Positions 25,969 through 39,220 of a DNA stretch of 64,000 nt are shown here, piece by piece; position 1 is the stretch's first letter; the number at the start of each line of letters is the position of its first letter. This DNA is from Octopus vulgaris. Its lineage: Eukaryota. Below the pieces are notes generated by a model, which had not been told where the DNA came from, did no database searches, and saw only the letters and a list, made by a program, of their open reading frames with translations. The stretch spans positions 64,356,001 through 64,420,000 of the forward strand of contig OX597816.1 of assembly GCA_951406725.2 (NCBI GenBank), written 5' to 3'. The position numbers and the translations under genes are program-made.

Positions 25969-26236
25969 ATTTTTTAAATGTCTTACTTTGAAAAATTGCA
26001 TTCGGTGGGATTAGTAATATTTTTGGTAGAAATGACTAATTGTCCCTCTTAGCGTGTGGCATGTATGTATAATGCCATCTGGCATGTATGTATAATGCCC
26101 TCTATATATAAATTAATATGTTCAATAAGAAATAATTATTTTCGAAATTTTTTCTCTTATGAGGTTTTCATGCTATCTACCTGACAATTTCTTGTTAAGT
26201 TTTCCTTATTAAGTAGTTGTCCTTAATTGCTAAATG

Positions 26237-26284
<48 letters not shown>

Positions 26285-26290
26285 GATATA

Positions 26291-26381
<91 letters not shown>

Positions 26382-26711
26382 GTGCAGGTGTGCCTGTGTG
26401 GTAAGTAGCTTGTAACCAACCACATGATTCCCCGTTCAGTCACACTGCAAGGCACCTTGCGCAAGTGTCTTCTATTATAAAGCCTTCTGAGCAGATTAGG
26501 TGGAGGGAAACTGAAAGAAGCCCGTCGTATATGTATATATATATATATATATACATATACATATTGTTGCTAAAGAGAAAACAAACGCTAAGGCAAGACA
26601 AATATTTGTTGTCATGTACGTAATTACTATAGGAAAAAGTTACAACTGTTTCTGGGTTATCCCAAAGCATGGGATATTCTGTCATCGGAGACAGATAGGG
26701 AAAATGTGAAG

Positions 26712-26772
<61 letters not shown>

Positions 26773-26799
26773 GCTGTGATGTTCATAAAAATATTTCTT

Positions 26800-26832
<33 letters not shown>

Positions 26833-27369
26833 TACTTTATACTACGCTGAATTCTATCTTAGTGTCAGTGAGTGGGTATTTTGACATATGTATTTTTACG
26901 TGGGTGTATAAATGTAAATATGGATCGATGACTACAAGGTTTACATTTCTCGTCATATATTCCTTTTGTGCTCTCATTCACCAATTATTCAAAGACAATG
27001 GGGCCACATCGATATATCATTTACACATTTCCCTAAGCAATAATATGTCCAAATTGATTTCTGTTGCCTCCCTCGAGCAGTTGCTATAAGTTTAACTTTC
27101 ACACTTTAAACCTTGAAGCAAATGTAATGACTGTCTAATTATATATGAAGCGTACAGTTTAATGCCTGCAACTTGCTCACCAATGGATAATGTAAATTAA
27201 TGCCAATTACGACAATTGTGCTTGTCACAATTCAATCCAGCTTCTAGGTTACGGAATATTTGATTAAAGAGAAACGCTTGCAACGCTCCTTGTGTTTGGA
27301 AGTTTCTGACTAGGATATGCCACTAAGCCGATATTATCTTTTTCACTGTATTATATAAACACATACATC

Positions 27370-27590
27370 TTTTACTACTTTATTTGTTTCAGTCATTTGA
27401 CTGCGGCCATGTTGGAGCACCGCCTTTAATCGAACAAATCGACCCCAGAACTTATTCTTTGTAAGCCTAGCAATTATTCTGTCGGTCTGTTTTGCCGAAC
27501 CGCTAAGTTACAGGGCCGTAGACACACAAACATCGGTTGTCAAGCGACGCTGAAGTCGGAGCTACTTACCACACAGCCACTCCTACGCCT
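27370..27590 (-). mobile_element. SINE with internal deletion
   Basis: 3' half joined almost directly to the head remnant GCTACTTACCACACAGCCACTCCTACGCCT. Confidence 0.8.
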
Positions 27591-28869
27591 AAACGTATAT
27601 TATATATCTAGCATGACTAAAACGCAGATTTGGTAATTCACAGTTTAGAATATCATGTGATATATGTTCCGTCTCCTTGCGTTTTGATTTTTATCCCACT
27701 GCTGTCTATTATGACTCTTATTCTTTCAGAGTCTATAAAAAAATACCAATCGTAACTGTTAGTGAACTGGACAGGGCACCCTGCAGTCGGGTCTTTGCAT
27801 GTTAAATATAGTGTCTGCGACGACACTGATGTTCCGCCGCATCGGCCCAAATCGCTGTCATTTTCTTTGGATGACATCGTTGGCGTGGAGAGAAGAGAAT
27901 TTTAAGCAGGCATAATTATCAATCTTTCTCAAAAATTTTGTTCAATCATACACATATTGGGAAGACTAAACAATGTTATTATTCAAATAAAATTGGCAAC
28001 CTCTCTCATAGCCCACTTAAAATGAAAATATCTTAGTAAGCAACTTGTCATCATACAAATTTTGCTTACTACACAAACTGTTGAAAGGAAGTAAATAAGT
28101 ATAATCCTATTATTGACAACCAATTTATTAAGTACAAATTGAACTGGGGGGGCAGAAATGTAAGGATGTTAAAAGCTTTGGACACAAGCTCTTTCTCACA
28201 ATTAACCAATTCCTTACTCTTTTCCTTCTACATGAAGTATTGATGGCCGATCAAGTACCATACCTCTCTCACGAGTGTAGCAGTTTATTTACTAAAGATT
28301 TAGTAATTAACAAAACCGACTGTCGATAATAAGTGCCAAAACTTCTTTACAGACTAGATGCTGATGAGGTGTGCGTAGATGGACCAATATTCAGTGCAGC
28401 TAAGGACAGGCTAATGAAGAGATTGATTCTGCTATTTAGACCACTATCAGCCCTTCTTCATGATCAAAGTTCTCCAAACTGTAAACAACTCGTCTTTTCC
28501 CGAACAGTGTGTCTCTAGAGAAACATATTTTTTCTTGTGGTAATTTACTGTTGTTTTATTTCTTTGTGAGCAGATATGGCAATAAACTTTTAATCACATA
28601 ACTGTTAATGTTGGTCGTGTTCGGACACACGCATTATTCCAAATGCATTGCAGCACTCTTAACTTGAAGCGTGATGTACTTTATTACCTTATCTACGTGA
28701 TTTTTTGTTTTCAATAACAAAAGAATTTGTTTCAAGGGTGATTTGGCGGTTACAAATTTGCAAATCTTACTAGTTGGCTACGCATATCTATACGAGTTTA
28801 TTTAATTTCCATGAGTAAACGAGGCACAAATTTTGTTTTTTTTTCATTGGTCATTCCTCACTTAAGATT

Positions 28870-29782
28870 CGTTGGTGGCAGCTCCAGGATACACCGGTCA
28901 TACTAGTGAGGACACACTGTCAATTGTTTGGCAACGGCCCTCCAAGATTAGTTCATGAATTTTCGTGATGTTCTCGTTCATTCAAAAGATTGATCGACGC
29001 CCTGAACGAGGGTGGTCTTCAAGCGGGAAGTGACCATTTCTAAAGCGTGAAAACCACTCGTAAACTCGTGTTTTGTTCATGGTAGTGGCAGGAGTGACTG
29101 CGTGGTAAGTAGCTTGCTTACCAACCACATGGTTCCGGGGTCAGTTCTACTGTGTGGCACCTTGGGCAACTGTCTTCTACTATAGCCTCGGGCCGACCAA
29201 CGCCTTGTGAGTGGATTTTGTAGATAGAAACTGAAAGAAGCCTGTCGTATATATGTATATATATGTGTGTCTGCATTTGCCCCCCACAAAAAAAACATCG
29301 CTTGACAACAGATGCTGGTGTGCTTACGTCCCCGTAATCTAGCGGTTCGGCAAAAGAGACCGATAGAATAAGTACTAGGCTTATAAAGAATAAATTCTGG
29401 GCTCAATTTACACGACTAAAGGCGGGGCTCCAGCATGGCTGCAGTTAAATGACTGAAACAAGTAAAAGAGTAAAAGGATTAAAGAGTAGTGGAATTGTGA
29501 GCTGTTTGAGGCATGACAACTTTTATGGCCGCCGTTTTCCCCAGCAGAAAACAGAGTATCACGGAGGCACTTTGTTCATTTCAGCCATCGCAAAAATCGC
29601 CGAAAAGTGAAGAAGCACTGCATAACAAAGACGCTCTACGTAGCAGTATGGCGGATAAGCAGAACGCCGGTCGGCAGACTGATACCTGAGGATTGCATCA
29701 AGTGGCTTCAAGCGGCGGATGCCTGAACTACAAGTGGATTGTCCTACAGAGAAAGTTTCCGGTTACTTTTGAATTCCTCCTC
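28870..29782 (-). mobile_element. mariner 5' relic interrupted by a SINE
   Basis: EQSASVILCFLLGKTAA.. and MNKTRVYEWFSRFRNGHFPLEDHPRSGR on either side of the SINE; TIR-like end near 29780. Confidence 0.7.
29087..29485 (+). mobile_element. tRNA-derived SINE with target-site duplication
   Basis: Full SINE body; GTAGTGG duplicated at 29082-29088 and 29486-29492. Confidence 0.88.
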
Positions 29783-31971
29783 TCTTTTAGCAGATATTTT
29801 TTTGCAGTAATTTGAAGGCTACTCCTGTAAAATCTCTAAGATTATGATTTGTCTTATAAGCGAGAAAAGGGATACAAAATCTAATGCGATACGTTTGTCT
29901 ACACAAAAATATTTCGTAAAGAATTGATGAGGTATACAACAACGGATCCTAAATTAACGTACCATTGTGTCTCTGAAAAGAAATTCTCTTGTCGGTTCTT
30001 TATTCTATTCATAGGGTCTCATTCCAAAGGAACCTATAAATACATTCATAGAGTGCAACTTCATTTTGTTCTAAAACGACAGAATAAGATGATTCAATTT
30101 GTATTTTAGGATATTAGATGGGAACATAAGGAGAGGCGCAATGTTGTAGATAATATAGAGTGTGTGTTCTGTGTCTACACGTGTGGGGAGACAGTTACAA
30201 AGTCATTTAACTGTGTTGATGTTTAGCTCAACATTAATAAAATGTACTTTAACTTCTAGCAATAGCGAACCACTGTCAATGAGAGAAGGGGTTTTCTTTT
30301 CAAGTACTAATAAGATTGTGAAACAGAAATTACAGGTGCTGATGTATATCTGAGTATGCGAAAATTAAAACCTGCATTGTACCTTACTGTATAGTAATAC
30401 TTATCATGTTGCTAATTTAGTTTGGTATGAGGCACAATCTATGGTGAATTTGATAGGGATGAAACAAATTTGGAAAGAGTAAAATATAGAAAGAATACTA
30501 AAAGATATACAATATCAAGGTGAAATATATATTACTTTTAAATTGAAAAAGAAGTTAAATCAACTGATACAGGCAACGATATGCAAAACATAGTTTGAAA
30601 ATCTGAACATATTTTCATCTGAATGCTATCTTTCAAACAAATACTAAATAAATCTTTATTAAAAGAAAAAAAAGTAATTTCGTGCTGAATTTCAGTAGTT
30701 CAATTATTTCTATCTCTAAAGCATAGTAAGTTTGGTAGTTTTTCATTTCTTTCCCTATTTCTATCTATAGGTCACGAGAAACCTATTAAAGAACAACCTG
30801 ATTTTATCTTTTTTGACAATTATTAATGTTATGCCTCGTCGTGTCGTTTATATATTACTTTCTACTTAGCAATCGTCTTATCATTGTATATTTTTCCATG
30901 CTCCTTTTATCTTTAATTCATGTCTAAGTATTTTATTTCCACGCGTGACTCTACCTCATTTATTTTGATATATGTGTCCTGTTTTCTTTTTCACTAATTT
31001 GATTAGAGCGTATCGTGAAACAAATTCCCCCATACCCTTGTATGCCCAAACTCCCTGGCAATATCATAATTATAATGCATCATTTCTTGGAAGATATTTC
31101 TTGAAACTTTAATCTCGACTAGCTGATGCATTTCTTATACATCAGCTTTATACCTAATTACGCACACTAGTAAGAACTATGAGAGAACATCAACGTCATA
31201 AACACTTGGACATCACTGCCTGAATTCCTAGATCTCACAGACCTAGTTACCTGATTTCCATGGACTGACTTAATCAAATGAATGGGGTGCCAGTCAGTTG
31301 CGGGGTTAAATATTTACAGCTGAGTGAACTGAGCCAGTAATTTTTCAAACACAGACAAAAGACAGAGACGAGCTACTAGATTACCCTGCTTTCGCTTACG
31401 CACGCAAAGTAATTCTGTTAGTATCATTTCTTTTGACAATATCTGTATCCATGAAACATGTAGCAATTACTTATTAGTTGTGTTATGCACCACTGTTCTT
31501 CCAATATACATGTTCGTTATTATCAACGATTATTTTCGTTAAGATGTTGCTGGATATTTACAGATGAATTATACGAATATCGGAATCAGAATACCTGCTT
31601 AATTTATGTATTCAACTAAAAACAAATAAACACAGTTTCCGGAAACAACAAATGAAGGTTCATTAAATATTGGTGATATTTACAAATATTTCGTAGAGTC
31701 AAATATAATATTAACCTAGTGTGTTTAATTTAGCAAGCAATGCGAAGAGAAAGTAAATATTTATACATCTGAGTTTATACATGTTAATGAAACAACAGGT
31801 AATATTAAAGGGGTGGAGTTTAAATGAGGTTATGCATATATTGAAATAAATTTGCATATGAATGCTAACTGATTATTGTAAACAGAGGTGCCGGCTGTAA
31901 ATATGAAATTATATATAAATATGACGAATACATGCACACTTACATACATACATATATACATACATGCATAC

Positions 31972-32023
<52 letters not shown>

Positions 32024-32068
32024 ATTGGGGTAAACTCATACGTGCTTTTAAACATGTGAGCATGTATA

Positions 32069-32126
<58 letters not shown>

Positions 32127-32130
<4 letters not shown>

Positions 32131-33355
32131 GTCATCCCATAAGTTCTGTCCGAATTTAGATATAAGAAAACAAGTGATTTAATTGAAATTTAATCATCAA
32201 TGTATTTTCCCTGATTATCTATGACTTCCTTCCATCTATTTACAATCTTTTTAATCCCATCAATGTAAAACACTTCTGGCTTCAAAGCGAAGAACTCTGA
32301 AATGTCAGTTTCGATCTCCTCCTGGCTTGCGAAAGTTATGTCCCCCAAATGATTCTGTAAACTACGAAACAAATGGTAGTCTGAAGGGGCCAAATCGGGA
32401 GAATAAGGTGGATGAAGAATACTTTCCCAACCAAGCTCTTCAATCTTCTGTGATGTGATCTTGGCAGTGTGGGATCACGCATTGTCCTGAAAAAACATCA
32501 CTCCTTTTCGATTCACTAAAGCGGCGAGTCTTTTTTTCTTCAAAGCTTGGTTCAAACGCTCTAATTGCTGACAGTAGACTACTTGAGCATTGATTGTTGC
32601 ATTAGGTAGTAACAATTCAAAGTGAATTACTCCTTTGCAATCCCACCAGATAGAGAGAAGAACCTTTTTACCATGAAGTTCCATTTTCGGTTGTGGTTGA
32701 GCTTTTTCCCTTTTACCAAGCCACAGTTTATGACTTTTAACATTTCGATAGAAGATCCATTTTTTGTCTCCAGTCACAAGTCTATCCAAAAAGGGTGAAA
32801 TGAGTTCACGAGAATGTAGCGAAGAGCAGATGTCAACTCAGGATTTGCGGTTGCTTTCGGACAATTCATGAGGCACCCATTTTCCAAGTTTAAGAACCTT
32901 TATTGCCACTTTTTCAACTGATAATGCAGGACTTTCGTCAGGTAATGCCTCAAGGAGATCATGATCAAGCTCAACTGGGCGTCCTGTTCGATCTTCATCT
33001 TCAAGGCTGAAATCTCCACTTCTGAATTTTGACACCATCTTCTGCAAGTTCATTCATTGAAGCGTTCTTTCCCATAAACTGAGTGTATGTTTCGAGTCTC
33101 TTCAAGTTCAGAGTTTCCTTTTTTTGTACTCATAAACATTATGTGCCTCAAATGCTCATTGGATACTTCCGTGTTAGAAAGGGCTTTAATCAAAGAAATT
33201 TTAATTCTATTAATCTGTAAAATAATATTTAATTTGTTTAAATGTACACAAATGCATAAAAATAAATTTTAATTTTATTAGACATTCTAAAGTACTAGTA
33301 AATTTCCTTCAATTTTAAAAAAGCTAAAATCGGACAGAACTTATGGATGACCTGA
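32127..33355 (-). mobile_element. mariner element with both TIRs, transposase pseudogene
   Basis: TIR TCAGGTCATCC(C)ATAAGTTCTGTCCGA at both ends with TA flanks; WVPHEL, TGDKKW, QDNA and YSPDLAPSDYHLF motifs; stops and frameshifts. Confidence 0.95.
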
Positions 33356-33389
33356 TATATATACGCATATGTACGTATACTGAATAATG

Positions 33390-33597
33390 ATAATAATCCT
33401 TCCTACAATAGGCACAGAGCCTGAAATTAGAGGAGGGGACTAGTCGAGCACATCGACTCCAGTGTTAATTTACTGACTACCAAACGATCAAAGGCAAATT
33501 CGACATCGGCGGAATTTGAACTCAGAACGTAATGATAGATGAAATATCGCTAAGCATTTCGCCCGGTGTGCTAAGGATTCTGCCAGCTCGCCACCTT
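33390..33597 (-). mobile_element. second tRNA-derived SINE family
   Basis: Head GGTGGCGAGCTGGCAGAATC, B-box GAGTTCAAATTCC; homologous to 47355-47586. Confidence 0.8.
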
Positions 33598-33624
33598 TCT
33601 AATGATGATGATGATGATGATAAC

Positions 33625-33680
<56 letters not shown>

Positions 33681-34936
33681 GACGTTTAAGATGTAGGGGA
33701 CGTTTAAGATGTAAGAAGGAAAATACAGAGCTCCGAAATCTATCCACAAACATCGAAAACAAGGACACCCTATGGAGCCAAAGATTTACTAACAAAGAAT
33801 TGGACTATATCCGAGTAAGTAATACGAATTGAAATTTATTACTATTTTCGAAACGAAATGATGTATTTTGACTCGATATTATCTCCACCTCTAACACAAC
33901 ACATGTAATCATGCGTGGAACAACACGATCATCCCCGACCTCAAACACTATGTACAAAGGAACTACGAAGAAATTAAATGCCACCGATACTATTCAACCC
34001 AAGAATAACAATCGAGCGGTACGTACATTAAACCTACAACAAAAAATGTACGAAAAACTACACGTGCGAAATAATGTGACAACAGAAATAAACGGACCGG
34101 TACCCTACGAAAATGACGACCGTCAAAATAATGGGCCGGACGTTGTACCTCATGTCCCGCAATTAAAACCCAAAAGACGTAAATGGACACGTGAGGAATA
34201 CATTTCTATCTTACACGCATACTTCACAGCAATGCTCTACCCACAAAATGAAAATACAACAACACATACATATAAAATATGGAAGGAAAATAATAGAGAT
34301 ATAGACTTGGATACAGCAATGAACCCTAATAAATTAGCTAACGTACGAAGATACATTCTCAAAGCCAAAAAAATATCAGAAATAGAAATAGAACATTTAA
34401 AAGAAAAAATACACCAGGAAAATGTAGATAGAAGCCACACAACAATGCCCAATAATATAAACACTGAAACTGTAAAACACGAAGACAAACGCAACATTCC
34501 CAACAAACACGATGTAAACAACGAAGGGGAGCCTAATGATTATGATAATATAAAAAATAAAATAATCAAAGAACTGTATCAATACCGGCAGATGACAATG
34601 TGTCTCTAAAAGAAATGGAGAAACTCTCAAAATACAAAGACCTGGAAATAGAGGTAACTAGAATGTGGAACCTGAAAACGGAAACAATTCCTATCATAGT
34701 AGGTGCATTAGGCATGATAAAAAAATATTCAGACAAATACATAACAAAAACACCAGGACTTACAAACACATATAACATACAGAAAATTGCACTACTAGGC
34801 ACTGCACACATCCTACGCAGAACACTTTCCATACAATAACCATCAGAGCATCACAACAAATCACAGCACATACCCAAGGCACACAGAGCTGCGCTCGGTA
34901 GTGAAGTGAAAGCACGCTATAAAAATAAAACTACTG
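33681..34936 (+). mobile_element. internally deleted Dong/R4-like non-LTR retrotransposon in (TAA)n
   Basis: N-terminal ORF 33911-34609 with Myb-like RRKWTREEY fused near 34575 to the RLE end (SIPADDNVSLKEMEKLSKYKDL..PIIVGALG..QKIALLGTAHILR); RT absent; TAA arrays on both sides. Confidence 0.85.
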
Positions 34937-35044
34937 AATAATAATAATAATAATATTATAATAATAATAATTATTATAATAACAACATTAACAACAACAA
35001 CAACAACAACAACAATAATAATAATATTAATAATAATAATAATG

Positions 35045-35116
<72 letters not shown>

Positions 35117-35860
35117 GTAAAGCAAAGAGCGCGATTCGATTGTAAGTTATTTTATTAGTTGAACGATATTTCAACAGTACGTCTGTCTTTGTCAAGTGGA
35201 AAATAAGAAGTGATAAAAATTCAAACTTATAGAAATTTAAACGTAAAGTATGAACGAGAGCAACCAGCGTCCACACGTTGATAGAATGATATCACCAATT
35301 TTTAAGTTACAATTGTATAAAAGGCGAAAAGAAAAAGACAGAAAAAACAGAAAACAGATGACGACAGAAAAAAGGAAAGGAAAAGAGAGAAAGAAGAATA
35401 TTTGATCAAACAGTTTTGTATAAATTTGATGATATTCTCCTGCCATCTTATTCCTTCCTCCAGGGCGTAATGTTAATATCCCGCAAACATATTTCTCCTC
35501 ATAGATTCTGAGGAGTGAAAATTAAGCAGATTCAGAATATTTTCTGAGAATATGTACTTTCAAGTCTTCTTCAAAATTGCAGCCGCTTGAAATGAAATAT
35601 TCAGCAAGTTCTGTCGAACTACTGTTATTGTGCCTGACGTCGAATCTGTACCCATTAAACCTTTTGTTTAATTGTTCTGTTGTACAACCAACATAAATTA
35701 AATTGTGTTTCATGCATTCTGCAGCGTACACCAAATGGGAATCTTTGCATGTTCCACCTTCTGTATAAATCATAACATTTCTGTTATGATTTCTGAAGGA
35801 ATTCACTTCACTCATGTTGTTGCACAATGAACAGGGCTTGCCTCTCTTACAGTTGTTCTT
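35117..35860 (-). mobile_element. 5'-truncated PLE: GIY-YIG endonuclease fragment plus 3' UTR
   Basis: ORF 35522-35827: CKDSHLVYAAECMKHNLIYVGCTTEQLNKRFNG; candidate HHR in the 3' UTR; inverted terminal tail at about 35870-35950. Confidence 0.8.
35163..35199 (-). ncRNA. candidate hammerhead, U3-A8 covariant core
   Basis: CCAC-TTGACAA-A-GACAG-acgta-CTGTT-GAAA-TA-TC-GT; stem I weak. Confidence 0.5.
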
Positions 35861-35948
35861 TAAGAACTTGCTGAAAATTTCGCTTTTGTTTTTATGTTTT
35901 CGTTTCTCATTGTGTTCAGTTTTTTTTACGTCCTGTACTCATATATGC

Positions 35949-36007
<59 letters not shown>

Positions 36008-36099
36008 GGTTTTGTACATATATGTATGAATATATGCATATATTTATATATTATTTATATTATTATATGATCAAACGCCACGCATTCTTTTCCAAGTAA

Positions 36100-36130
<31 letters not shown>

Positions 36131-36134
<4 letters not shown>

Positions 36135-37310
36135 CATTCCATATATAATGTTTTTTATACTTCTTTTATTTTTCAAAATTAAGATAAACAAAATTCTCTT
36201 TTAACCTAAAATATACTCACTTTCATATTCTACAATGTTCTTCCATTTATCTGGTAGAATTGCAAGCACCGTCTTCCAAATTCCACTTGTCCGTGGCGAA
36301 AAATACTCCTCTAGTACTGAACCCACCTCGTCTACAGAATTCATATTTTTTTCCATCCAAATGACTTTGAAGACAGCGGAATAATTTATAATCAGATAGG
36401 AAAAAGTCCGGCGAAAATGGTGTGTGGGGCATCGTTTCCCATTCAAACTGCCCCAGCCTTTGGAATGTTATCCTCATAGTGTATGGCCAAGCATTATCCT
36501 GATGGAAGAACACTTTTCGTCTTGAAACCAAAGATGGTCGTGTTTCTTCTAGCGCTGACGTAAACTTCTCAAGCTGCTTGCAGTACATCTCCTTTGTTAT
36601 CATTTGGTTTGGGTTTCAAGGTTCAATGTTCAAAGAGCACGCTTTTTATATCCCATCAAACAGATAACAACACCTTACGTGGATGAAGACCTTATTTAGC
36701 CTGGGGTGCCTGTGTTTCTCCTTCCCCTACCCATTGTCTGTGGTCAGTACTTAAGATTTATATAGAAAACTGATTTTTTATCTCCAATCACTATTCGGTC
36801 CGAAAAATCTTCATTCGTGAGACATGACAGCAAAGACGAGCACACATTCACTTACTACACGCGATTAGACTCGGAAAGTTTGTGAGGAACCCATTGACCC
36901 AAATTGCTGACTTTCCCAATAGCACACAGTTATGGATGAATGGTTGAATGACCAAATCCAAGCTTCTCTGCTAGTTCAACAGTTACGATGGGATTTTCTT
37001 CCACCAGGGTTTGCAGGACGTCCTCGTCGAGCTCCACAGATCTTCCAGGACAAGGATCGTCTTCTAGGTTGTAGCTTCCAGCTCGGAATTTCTGGAACTG
37101 CTTATACTGATTGTCCCATCCCCATATACTACATTAATATTCCTCGCACTTTCCGTCGCCTCTTACCCTTTATTGACCTCGTAAATCAAAGTATGCCAAA
37201 TATGCTCCTTTGTCAGTTCCATTGTAGCTTTGAAGAAATAGCTGTGAAAATCGAAGTAGATGTGCTACACACTGAATCACTTAAACAAGGAGAGATATAT
37301 AAATAAATGC
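36131..37310 (-). mobile_element. mariner relic
   Basis: TIR-like GGGTCATTCCATATATAATG after (TA)n; FHQDNA and PHTPFSPD..SDYKLF motifs; same family as 50428-51389. Confidence 0.85.
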
Positions 37311-38089
37311 AATAAATGTGTACCTCTTAACCTTGAAAAGTTAAACTAAACGTTCGATGGAATTGTCCTTTCCCAGAAATGTAAGTTTATAAGTATTTTT
37401 CCTGCGCGTGTTCTTTCTAAAAGAAATTCTAAACTAAATATCAGCCTAAATGTTGCTATACCTCTTATCTTTTTAACTCATTCTCCATATTTATTTTTAC
37501 CCATTTCTCTTTCTTTGTAATTCGACATAGTTTCCGCTTAGTGGTTTTTGTTTTGTATTTGGTTAGATTTAACCTTCTTTCCATGTACATTTATCTCTAA
37601 CAGTAGCCTTATAACAATACGTTTGGAGTATGCTCATAATATTTATTCTAAGTTTTCCAATGACAAAAGTTAACATGTCTGCTGAGATGGTGTCGCTGTT
37701 TGTTTCATCGTTATCACGAAGGCAGTGGTCCGTGTCCGTTGCTGGTTTATTTGTTATTCTCAGAATGAATTTTGATATATTTTTGAAATTCGACTGTTTT
37801 AGAATTTGTAAATTATTGTTGTGTATCACAGTAGCTTATGACACGCGCACATTATACAAATTGTAGTTGACTTGTTGTAGACTTAACTGACCACTAATGG
37901 AAGTTCCATAACCAATCAGAACAATTCTCTCATCATGCTGATTTTGACCATAAGTGAAGATTTAGTCACCTAAACTACAAATGCAGGTCATTATTTATGC
38001 ATATGTGCATCACTTATACATGCGGACATATATACACGAATACGACGTGCACGCACAACGGGTAGTTTCACAGATTCGACAGCCATATT

Positions 38090-38327
38090 TTATTCTCTTT
38101 TACTTTTTTACTCTTTTATTTGTTTCAGTCATTTGACTGCGACCATGCTGGAGCAACACCCTTAGTCGAACAAATCGACCCCAGGACTTATTCTTTGTAA
38201 GCTTAGTATTTATGTATTTATTATATCGGTTTTGTTTTGCTGAACCGCTAAGCTACGGGGACGTAAACACACCAGCATCGGATGTCAAGCGATGTTGGGG
38301 GGACAAACAGACACGCATACACACACA

Positions 38328-38399
<72 letters not shown>

Positions 38400-38563
38400 T
38401 ATACACGACGGGTTTCTTTCAGTTTCCGTGTACCAAATCCACTCACAAGGATTTGGTCAGTCCGAGGCTATAGTAGAAGACACTTGCCCAAGGTGCCACG
38501 CAGTGGGAATAAACCCGAAAAAATATGGTTGGTAAGCAAGTTACTTACCACACAGCCACTCCT
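38090..38563 (-). mobile_element. tRNA-derived bipartite SINE
   Basis: Full-length match to the other copies. Confidence 0.88.
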
Positions 38564-38784
38564 AGACATGAGGGTACATTGAAAGATATCTGGCCAGAGT
38601 ATTTCCATAATAGGATTAAAGCAACCCAGCATGCTTACATAGTGTGAATCTTAGGCACCCCACTATGCTCATTTTGTTTAAATTTATCAATGTTTTAACC
38701 AAATATAGGATATATTCATATGAAAGTTGTGTATATTACATTATCAAATATATAATCTATATTATCGTGAGTATATCATTGAAG

Positions 38785-38945
38785 TTCCGAAGTGGCTGTG
38801 TATTAAGTTGCTTGCTTACCAACCACATGGTTCCGGGTTCAGTCCCACTTCGTGGCCTATTGGGCAAGTGTCTTCTGCTATATCCTCGGGCCGACCAAAG
38901 CCTTGTGAATGGATGTTAGATGTAAACTGAAAGAAGCTCACTGTT

Positions 38946-39010
<65 letters not shown>

Positions 39011-39220
39011 ATTTGTCTGTGTTTGTCCCTCCAACATCGCTTGACAACCGATGCTGGTGTGTTTACGTCCTCGTAACCTAGCGGTTCGGGAAAAGAGACC
39101 GATAGAATATGTACTAAGCTAACAAAGAATGAGTCCTGGGGTCGATTTGCTCGACTAAATGCGGTGCTCCAGCGTGGCCACAGTCAAATATCTGAAACAA
39201 CTAAAAGAGAAAATGAGTAA
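38785..39220 (+). mobile_element. tRNA-derived bipartite SINE
   Basis: Full-length match; head-to-head with 38090-38563. Confidence 0.88.

Larger units (their letters stand above)
24855..26235. mobile_element. retrozyme-like array of a 475/476 bp unit: 1.1 units on minus joined to 1.8 units on plus
   Basis: Left arm 24855-25387, right arm 25388-26235; copies differ at about 3 positions; both outer ends run into (TA)n; one HHR per unit. Confidence 0.92.
23994..26716. repeat. about 330 bp inverted duplication of flanking DNA (23994-24325 vs 26378-26716)
   Basis: Unique sequence plus SINE head duplicated in reverse complement; about 9 differences by eye. Confidence 0.92.

Noticed and set aside
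33725-33825. Ribozyme in the Dong-like 5' UTR
   Set aside because: Crossing complementarities (GCTCC/GGAGC, AAATCT/AGATTT) exist, but I could not fit HDV, hammerhead or twister topology by eye
37560-37990. Degraded Nematis-like PLE coding fragment (also 900-1250)
   Set aside because: Only short motif echoes (NVRVS.., GKC..); insufficient without an alignment
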